This document shows positions 57,960 to 64,000 of a stretch of DNA of 64,000 bases, in pieces. The notes under the pieces are model-generated. The model did not search any database. It was not told the DNA's origin and saw only the letters and a list, made by a program, of their open reading frames with translations. Positions within the stretch are counted from its first letter, which is position 1; each line of letters begins with the position of its first letter. Origin of the DNA: Flavobacterium sp. (lineage in GTDB: Bacteria > Bacteroidota > Bacteroidia > Flavobacteriales > Flavobacteriaceae); NCBI GenBank assembly GCA_020403245.1, contig JADBYA010000006.1, forward strand, positions 25,494-89,493, read 5' to 3'. A program made the position numbers and the translations under genes.

Positions 57960-58157
57960 TTAATTGTTAATTCGGATGACACAGTGTTTCAACTCGGGCT
58001 TTTCAATAATATAATTCATCAGCCACTGTGTTAATTCTTCAAGTTCATAAGGTAACAAAACCTTATAGGCCTTTTCAAGTTCTTTGCAAAATAAATTTGC
58101 GTCAAAACTTACTTTCTTTAACACTGATTTTGTGTGGTCAAGCATTGTTTTTGACAT
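57960..58157 (-). CDS. Small conserved protein (paralogue B)
   Basis: 65 aa. Shares TKSVL.+VSFD..LF.KEL.KA...LLPYE.E.L..WL......PELK.C with paralogue A. Confidence 0.55.
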   Translation of the reverse strand: MSKTMLDHTKSVLKKVSFDANLFCKELEKAYKVLLPYELEELTQWLMNYIIEKPELKHCVIRINN

Positions 58158-58289
58158 AAAAAGTAAAAAATAAATAATTAAGAAATTAGATAAGAACGAC
58201 TTTCATTTATACAAAAATAATAATATAATAGATAGTAAAATTAAATTAAAAGTTAAATATTATCAACAAAAATGTTAATTTTTTGAAAG

Positions 58290-58946
58290 TCATTTAATAG
58301 CTCGTAACATTTCTCTTTTTCCTGGAGCACCAGGTAATTTTTTTACAGAAAAACCTGCTAGCAACATTGCGTTTTTAATAGATGTACGGCAAGCATAAGT
58401 TACCAAAATACCATTTGGTCTTAATGCATCATACATTTTTTGAAAAATAAGGTCCGACCACAATTCAGGTTGTACTCTAAAACCAAAAGCATCAAAATAA
58501 ATCAAGTCAAAAGTATTGGTATCGGAAATATCTTGAAAAAACTGTTGTCGTTTAGTTAAAGAAAAATTTGCAGTAAGTTGTTGTTCTTCTTCCCATGGAG
58601 AATGGTGCAAACTTTTAAAAATATCACTCTGATTTTTGGCTAACTGACTTATATAATTCATCTGCATTGCTTCCTCAACTGAAACTGGGTAAGCTTCTAC
58701 TCCAACATAATTGATGACCTGGCCACTTTTCAATACTTCTAAACAAGTTATAAAAGCATTCAAACCGGTACCAAAACCAATTTCCAAAACAGAAACAGAA
58801 TTTGCTTTAAACGAAGAAAGTCCGTTTTTTATAAATACATGATAAGCTTCTTGAATTGCGCCATGTTTGGAATGATAGCTTTCATTCCATTCTGGCAAGT
58901 GAATGGTTGTGGAACCATCATTGGTCACTATAATTTCTCTTTTCAA
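58290..58946 (-). CDS. mnmD: tRNA (mnm5s2U34) methyltransferase, MnmD-like (MnmC C-terminal domain family)
   Basis: SAM-binding VLEIGFGTGLNAF, and FDLIYFDAF typical of the family. 218 aa. Confidence 0.75.
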   Translation of the reverse strand: MKREIIVTNDGSTTIHLPEWNESYHSKHGAIQEAYHVFIKNGLSSFKANSVSVLEIGFGTGLNAFITCLEVLKSGQVINYVGVEAYPVSVEEAMQMNYISQLAKNQSDIFKSLHHSPWEEEQQLTANFSLTKRQQFFQDISDTNTFDLIYFDAFGFRVQPELWSDLIFQKMYDALRPNGILVTYACRTSIKNAMLLAGFSVKKLPGAPGKREMLRAIK

Positions 58947-58949
58947 TGG

Positions 58950-59405
58950 CTATTTGATGTATAATTTTTTAATTCTGGGGATTGGTCCGCCACATTTTTG
59001 TTGGTGACATTTTACACAAGCATCCACTCCAGTATTAAAATGTTCTTTAGCGTTTTTGGGGTCTTTATATATTAATTCCTGAGCGGCAATAAACTTTTTT
59101 GCTTGTTCTTTGAAAAAAGCATCATTATCTGTTGAATCTGTCATTACAGCGTTATGAATTTTCAAGAAATGTTGAGGAAATTCGCCAATTGTTTCTCCTT
59201 TTTTGATACGTTCTTTTAAACGTTGATTATCAACATACATTTGTTCCATTAATGTTGCCATTTCGGACATTTGATACATTTCTAATTTTTTCTCTTTTCT
59301 AGGAACACATTTCTCTGCTTCCTTCTTTTCCTCATTTTTTTGACAAGACTCTAGCATTGTCAAACAAGCGATGCAAAACAATACAACTAAGAGAAAATTC
59401 TTCAT
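58950..59405 (-). CDS. Lipoprotein with C-terminal CxxCH haem-binding motif (class II cytochrome c-like candidate)
   Basis: Lipobox-like MLESCQ. Predicted helical. Single CVKCH 18 residues from the C-terminus. Confidence 0.45.
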   Translation of the reverse strand: MKNFLLVVLFCIACLTMLESCQKNEEKKEAEKCVPRKEKKLEMYQMSEMATLMEQMYVDNQRLKERIKKGETIGEFPQHFLKIHNAVMTDSTDNDAFFKEQAKKFIAAQELIYKDPKNAKEHFNTGVDACVKCHQQKCGGPIPRIKKLYIK

Positions 59406-59416
59406 ACTAATTTTAA

Positions 59417-59917
59417 TTATTTTTTAATGTAAACGCCAGAAGCTAAAAAAGAATAAGTCACTTCAGGTTTGGTTATTTTGGCAATTTCTGCCGAAGATTT
59501 TCCACCATCTTTTGCATAATGCTTTAACTCGTCAACCGAAACCACATCTACAAATGCCTTTCCACTTACAATAGCCAAACTATTATCAGCATTTAATGGA
59601 ACAAAGAAACCATAATCTTTAAATTTTACAAACGAATTATCATCACCAGCCAATTCCATTTTCATCCAACAACCTTTCTTTTTACAAACAGATTTAATAA
59701 TCGATTGGAATTGCACCGTTATTGTATCTCCTTTTTTAAGTGATTTGTACTTTTTCAACATTTCGTCTTTGGTCACAATTTTACCCACTTTAAATTTTTC
59801 GCCAAATAATGCATAATCTTTACTATCAAAGGATTTTGAAACAGATTTTGATTGAGCAATTACATTCAAATTAAAAAGTAATCCAAATACGATAAACAAT
59901 AGATTCAATTTTTTCAT
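59417..59917 (-). CDS. DUF4920-like secreted protein
   Basis: Signal peptide. CKKKGCWM motif characteristic of this Bacteroidota family. 166 aa. Confidence 0.55.
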   Translation of the reverse strand: MKKLNLLFIVFGLLFNLNVIAQSKSVSKSFDSKDYALFGEKFKVGKIVTKDEMLKKYKSLKKGDTITVQFQSIIKSVCKKKGCWMKMELAGDDNSFVKFKDYGFFVPLNADNSLAIVSGKAFVDVVSVDELKHYAKDGGKSSAEIAKITKPEVTYSFLASGVYIKK

Positions 59918-60160
59918 TTTATATATTTTTTATGATTTACAAATGTATGAAGATTACATATTTCAATTGCTATATTGACCTTTAATTTCAATAAATATTA
60001 AAATGTAAAAATAACATTCAATCTCTTTTAGCTTGTAAAAACAATTTTTTTTTTATTAATTTTACAAAAAAAAGCAATAAAATAATAATCTTTAGAACAA
60101 TCTCATAACTAATTGAAATCTAATTATATATGATTTTTTCTTGATTTAATATTCAAATAA

Positions 60161-61228
60161 ATGATGTTAAAAACACCTAACGAAATCGATATAGTTAGAG
60201 CTAGCACTTCAAAAATAAACGAAGTTGATTTTGAAAACCTTTCATTTGGTAACACTTTTACTGACCACATGTTGGTTTGTGATTATAAAAATGGACAATG
60301 GGGAAAGCCCATAATAAAACCATACGAACCATTTTTAATTGATCCATCTGCCAAAGTATTTCACTATGGTCAAGCCATTTTTGAAGGAATGAAAGCCTAT
60401 AAAGATGAGAATGACGATGTTTGGCTTTTTAGGCCTGATGAAAATTTTCATCGTTTTAATAAATCAGCCGTTAGAATGGCAATGCCCGAAATTACAGAAG
60501 AAATTTTCATTGGAGGTTTAAAATCGATTGTTGATTTGGAGAGAGATTGGGTAAAAAAAGGAATTGAAAATACTTTATATCTTAGACCTTTTATGATAGC
60601 TGTAGGTTCTGGGGTAATTGCTCAACCTTCAACGCAATACCGTTTCATGATTATACTTTCTCCTGCACGTTCATACTATTCGGGTGAAGTAAAAGTAATT
60701 ATTGCCGAACATTACAGTCGTGCTGCAAATGGAGGTATTGGTGCAGCTAAAGCGGCCGGAAATTATTCGGCTCAATTCTATCCACAAAAATTAGCCCAAG
60801 AAAAAGGATTTCAACAAATCATTTGGACAGATGATGCTACGCACACCAAATTAGAAGAAGCTGGGACGATGAATGTATTTTTCAGAATTAACGATACTAT
60901 TTATACCGCTCCAACAAGTGAACGTATACTTGATGGTGTAACCCGTAAAAGTTTGATTGATATTGCTCGCCGTGATGGTATTAAAGTAGAAGAGCGTTCA
61001 GTATTAGTTGATGAAATAATAGCTGGTGCCAAAGACGGAAGTTTGAAAGAAATCTTTGGAGCCGGAACCGCTGCAGTTGTTAGTCCAATAGTGGGCTTTC
61101 AATACCAAGAGCATTATTATGAGTTACCTAAAATTGAAAACTCAATAGCAATTCAATTGAAAGAGAAACTGACTAAGATTCAATATAATTTAGCGGAAGA
61201 TACTTTTGGTTGGACGGTAAAGGTTTAG
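60161..61228 (+). CDS. ilvE: Branched-chain amino acid aminotransferase
   Basis: Class IV aminotransferase: YGQAIFEGMKAY, catalytic-Lys region GGIGAAKAAGNY, GVTRKSLIDIA. 355 aa. Confidence 0.9.
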   Translation: MMLKTPNEIDIVRASTSKINEVDFENLSFGNTFTDHMLVCDYKNGQWGKPIIKPYEPFLIDPSAKVFHYGQAIFEGMKAYKDENDDVWLFRPDENFHRFNKSAVRMAMPEITEEIFIGGLKSIVDLERDWVKKGIENTLYLRPFMIAVGSGVIAQPSTQYRFMIILSPARSYYSGEVKVIIAEHYSRAANGGIGAAKAAGNYSAQFYPQKLAQEKGFQQIIWTDDATHTKLEEAGTMNVFFRINDTIYTAPTSERILDGVTRKSLIDIARRDGIKVEERSVLVDEIIAGAKDGSLKEIFGAGTAAVVSPIVGFQYQEHYYELPKIENSIAIQLKEKLTKIQYNLAEDTFGWTVKV

Positions 61229-61395
61229 TGTTCAGTGTTCAGAAAAAAGTGTTCAGTTTTATAATAAATAGTCCAAGGAAACTTTGAGTTTTTTTAAAAA
61301 AAAATTGATTTTTGTTAAAACTAAGTTTAAGTAACATTAAATCAAGTAAAAGCTAAAATTGCCACTGAACACTAAAAACTGATCACTGAATACTA
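61226..61395. repeat. Palindromic GTGTTCAGTGTTCAG element (copy B) filling the convergent intergenic gap
   Basis: TAGTGTTCAGTGTTCAG starts on the ilvE stop. The right end CTGAACACTAAAAACTGATCACTGAATACTA ends on the reverse-strand TAG of the 61393 gene. The right ends of copies A and B match about 25/29. Confidence 0.7.
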
Positions 61396-61776
61396 TTTCA
61401 GTATTTCCTCAAAACTCGGTTTAAAATAGTTTGGCCCTTTTAGCACTTTGCCATCTTCGCGGTATATAGGCCTTCCGTCTTCGCCTAATTTGCTCATGTT
61501 GCTGCGTTGAATTTCGTCGAAAACTTCTTCAATTTTATGTTGGAGTCCATGCTCGAGAATGGTTCCACACAATATATAAAGCATATCCCCTAGCGCATCG
61601 GCTATTTCTATCAAATCATTATTCTGAACGGCTTCAAGGTATTCTTCATTTTCTTCTTTCATCAGGTTAAAGCGAAGAAAATTTTTTGATTCCCCTAAAT
61701 CACCTTTCATTTCATAACTTACACCTAATCCAAATGAAGTATGAAACTCTTTTACTGCGTTGAGTTGTTTTTGCAT
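61393..61776 (-). CDS. MazG-like nucleoside triphosphate pyrophosphohydrolase family protein
   Basis: 127 aa. EENEEYLEA and IADALGDMLYIL metal-binding helices typical of all-alpha NTP-PPases. Confidence 0.7.
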   Translation of the reverse strand: MQKQLNAVKEFHTSFGLGVSYEMKGDLGESKNFLRFNLMKEENEEYLEAVQNNDLIEIADALGDMLYILCGTILEHGLQHKIEEVFDEIQRSNMSKLGEDGRPIYREDGKVLKGPNYFKPSFEEILK

Positions 61777-61852
61777 TTTTAAAAAATTAATTGATGATGC
61801 AAATTACAACTTTACCTGTCATTTGATTAAATTTGTTGAAAATTTTGAAAAT

Positions 61853-62041
61853 ATGTTCACAACTGGTCAATGGATTTTTGCCGCTTTGTTTATTATTGCT
61901 TTTATTATCGCCATGTATATAGCTTATGGAAAAGATAAACCATTGCATCAAAAAGTATATAAAGGAAGTTATAAAATTCTTATAGGTTTTTTTATTTTTA
62001 TTGTTTTACTTTTCGTGATAAAAATATTTTTTAAACATTAA
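61853..62041 (+). CDS. Small two-TM membrane protein
   Basis: ATG at 61853 gives 62 aa with two hydrophobic helices. The longer 61760 start would overlap the convergent gene. Confidence 0.4.
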   Translation: MFTTGQWIFAALFIIAFIIAMYIAYGKDKPLHQKVYKGSYKILIGFFIFIVLLFVIKIFFKH

Positions 62042-62066
62042 TACAGTTAGAGTACTACTGAATGTC

Positions 62067-62074
62067 TAACTTTG
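62067..62074 (+). promoter_or_regulatory. -7 promoter box (TAnnTTTG)
   Basis: TAACTTTG, 21 nt upstream of the ATG at 62095. Confidence 0.4.
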
Positions 62075-62094
62075 AATAACTTAATAATCCATAC

Positions 62095-63195
62095 ATGAGA
62101 ATTATAAAATACCTACTTCTTCTCTTTCTATTATTCTTAGTTGGAATAACCGTTTATTTAGCAACGCAAAAAGGAGATTTTGACGTTTCAAAAAGCAGTA
62201 TTATAAAAAAACATAGAAGTACCGTTTTTGATTATGTTAATGATTTTAAAAATTGGGAAACTTTTGGCTCTTGGATGAAAAAAGAAAACAATATTAAATT
62301 TAATTATCCATCAAAAACTATGGGTCCAGGTGGCTATTGCTCTTGGGAAAGTGGTTCTGTAGATGGAAATATCAAAACTTATTTTGTAAAAGAAAATGAT
62401 AGCATTTTTCAAAAAGCTAATTTTAATGGCACCAAATCTAATATAATTTGGACTTTTAAAGATACCTCAGGCGGAACAAAAGTTACCGTCCATACTATAG
62501 GAAAAATGGATGTTTTGACCAAAATAAAAACTTTTTTCAATGGTGGAATTTCAGGAGTTTTGTCGGATGCATTAGAAAAAAGTTTACTCAATCTTGATAA
62601 AACTTTGGATTATGAAATCAATACCTATTCCATTAAAGTTAATGGCATAGTACAAAGAAGTTCTGGATTTTGTATCAAACAAACTGTTTCCTGCAGAATC
62701 AAAAGTGTCACAAAAAACATAAAAATCATTATGCCAAGAATGGTTAGTTTTTTCAAGAAAAACAAACTTGTTATGGCTGGAAAACCATTCATTTTATACG
62801 ATCGGTATGACGTTGCCAATGATTTTGTAACTTTTTCAGTTTGCGTACCTACTGTCAAGCAAGTTTTTATATCATCCGGAAGCGATATGACTACTGATGA
62901 AATTATTCCCTTTACTTGTTTAAAAACAACTTTAATTGGTGATTATTCGCATACAGCTGAAGCATGGTCAAAAGCAAAAAAACACATTGCAGACAACGGT
63001 TTAACTCAAAATTTTGCAGGAAAATATATAGAAGTATATGTCAAAACGATTGACGATGTCAAGCAACCATCTAAATGGATTACCGAAATTTATATTCCAG
63101 TTTTTCCAAAAGTTGCAGTTTCAAAACCTGCAGTTGTAGCAACAACTGTTATCACGCCAACGGAAAGTGCTCCAACTCCTGTTGAAACTCCATAG
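62095..63195 (+). CDS. Membrane-anchored SRPBCC-domain plus GyrI-like (effector-binding) domain protein
   Basis: N-terminal TM. SRPBCC-like segment (STVFDYVNDFKNWETFGSWM). GyrI-like C-terminal half. Pro/Thr-rich tail. Confidence 0.5.
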   Translation: MRIIKYLLLLFLLFLVGITVYLATQKGDFDVSKSSIIKKHRSTVFDYVNDFKNWETFGSWMKKENNIKFNYPSKTMGPGGYCSWESGSVDGNIKTYFVKENDSIFQKANFNGTKSNIIWTFKDTSGGTKVTVHTIGKMDVLTKIKTFFNGGISGVLSDALEKSLLNLDKTLDYEINTYSIKVNGIVQRSSGFCIKQTVSCRIKSVTKNIKIIMPRMVSFFKKNKLVMAGKPFILYDRYDVANDFVTFSVCVPTVKQVFISSGSDMTTDEIIPFTCLKTTLIGDYSHTAEAWSKAKKHIADNGLTQNFAGKYIEVYVKTIDDVKQPSKWITEIYIPVFPKVAVSKPAVVATTVITPTESAPTPVETP

Positions 63196-63252
63196 TTTTC
63201 TAACAGATTAAACCTTTTCTAGTATCTTTATTCCAATTGATAAATTTTCGCT

Positions 63253-63795
63253 TTGCAAGAAGAAAAGGAATTCATTGAGCAATTATTAAATCCTAAAACG
63301 CAAAACCAAGCGTTTCAAAAACTCTTGCGCAATTATCAACGACCGTTATACAATCACATTCGAAATATTGTACTTAATCATGATGACACCGATGATGTAT
63401 TGCAAAATACATTTGTCAAAGTATTTCAATATCTGAAAAATTTTAAAGGAGAAAGCAAATTATTTTCATGGATGTATCGTATTGCCACAAACGAAGCTAT
63501 TACTTTTATCAATCAAAAAGCAAAGCGAAATGGAACAACAAGTGAAGCAATGCAAAATAAAATTGTAAATAATTTACAAGCCGACACTTATTTTGATGGC
63601 AATGAAATTCAATTCAAATTGCAGAAAGCCATTCTATTATTACCCGAAAAACAACAATTAGTATTTAAAATGAAATACTATGAAGAGATAAAATACGAAG
63701 ACATGTCGGAGATTTTGGGCACTTCTGTCGGCGCCCTGAAAGCATCTTATCATCATGCTGTAAAAAAAATCGAAGAATATATGAAAACAAATTAA
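63253..63795 (+). CDS. ECF-type RNA polymerase sigma factor
   Basis: Region 2 (DVLQNTFVKVFQ...WMYRIATNEAITF) and region 4 (YEDMSEILGTSVGALKASYHHAVKKIEE). Apparent TTG start. Confidence 0.8.
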   Translation: MQEEKEFIEQLLNPKTQNQAFQKLLRNYQRPLYNHIRNIVLNHDDTDDVLQNTFVKVFQYLKNFKGESKLFSWMYRIATNEAITFINQKAKRNGTTSEAMQNKIVNNLQADTYFDGNEIQFKLQKAILLLPEKQQLVFKMKYYEEIKYEDMSEILGTSVGALKASYHHAVKKIEEYMKTN

Positions 63796-63825
63796 ACCAT
63801 TACTAATTCCTAAAGTCCTACGACC

Positions 63826-64000
63826 ATGAAAGAATTTAAACTAGATAAAGAACCAAAAATAAATACCGGATTTACAACTCCAGAAGCCTATTTCGATTCT
63901 TTTTCTGAAAGCGTTTTAAAACAATTACCAAAAAGTGAACCCAAAGTAATATTGCATTTTAAAACAAGAAAAAAATGGTATTATGCAATGGCTGCTGTAC
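63826..64000 (+). CDS. 5' part of a putative anti-sigma/membrane protein (runs off the window)
   Basis: ATG at 63826, 30 nt after the sigma gene. Open to the window end. A hydrophobic segment begins at WYYAMAAV. Confidence 0.4.
   Translation, partial: MKEFKLDKEPKINTGFTTPEAYFDSFSESVLKQLPKSEPKVILHFKTRKKWYYAMAAV

Noticed and set aside
61838-61845. A TAAATTTG -7-like box upstream of the small membrane ORF at 61853.
   Set aside because: It sits only 8 nt before the ATG, which is too close to serve as a -7 box for that start. It is probably a chance match.
1-64000. A search for CRISPR arrays, rRNA or tRNA genes, transposases, integrases and prophage genes.
   Set aside because: No regularly spaced direct repeats, no rRNA/tRNA-like sequence and no recombinase-like ORF were seen. 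The only repeated elements are the GTGTTCAGTGTTCAG palindromes and the 14-bp tandem at 44806.

Overview
This 64 kb window is low-GC chromosome from a Flavobacteriia-type Bacteroidota. Evidence for that assignment: T9SS C-terminal sorting domains, many lipoproteins, and TAnnTTTG -7 promoter boxes ahead of many starts. Coding density is high. I found no rRNA, tRNA, CRISPR array, transposase or integrase.

Most of the window is housekeeping:
- DEAD-box helicase, uvrA, bcp, nth, sodC, icd, ilvE and an oxyR-like LysR regulator
- Sua5/TsaC and an MnmD-like methyltransferase
- two ECF sigma factors

Accessory blocks:
1. A two-gene Xre-antitoxin/RES-toxin cassette at 1899-2815.
2. A roughly 20 kb beta-1,3-glucan (laminarin-type) utilisation locus at 14407-34457. 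Its core is an eight-gene minus-strand operon with two GH16, GH17, GH30, an MFS/GPH symporter and a 1156-aa signal-peptide-less GH94/GH149-like putative phosphorylase. A propeller/Y_Y_Y/LuxR one-component sensor and a T9SS-secreted CBM protein lie upstream.
   - I see no SusC or SusD anywhere in the window.
   - The susC/susD position is held by a 1039-aa protein and a lipoprotein binder.
   - The 1039-aa protein fuses a clan GH-A-like TIM-barrel domain to a roughly 600-aa porin-like C-terminal half.
   - This is my top candidate for an undescribed system, but it rests on reading the translations only.
3. An arylsulfatase locus with two outer-membrane proteins and a membrane-bound AraC regulator at 37909-43621.
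4. An inorganic-carbon cluster at 47476-56345: a possibly CbbR-like LysR, then SPFH, IDH, two small paralogues, a zinc-ribbon protein, Sua5 and an SbtA-like permease, facing a beta-carbonic anhydrase/SulP pair.

A palindromic GTGTTCAGTGTTCAG element occurs twice and supplies the TAG stop codons of the flanking genes.
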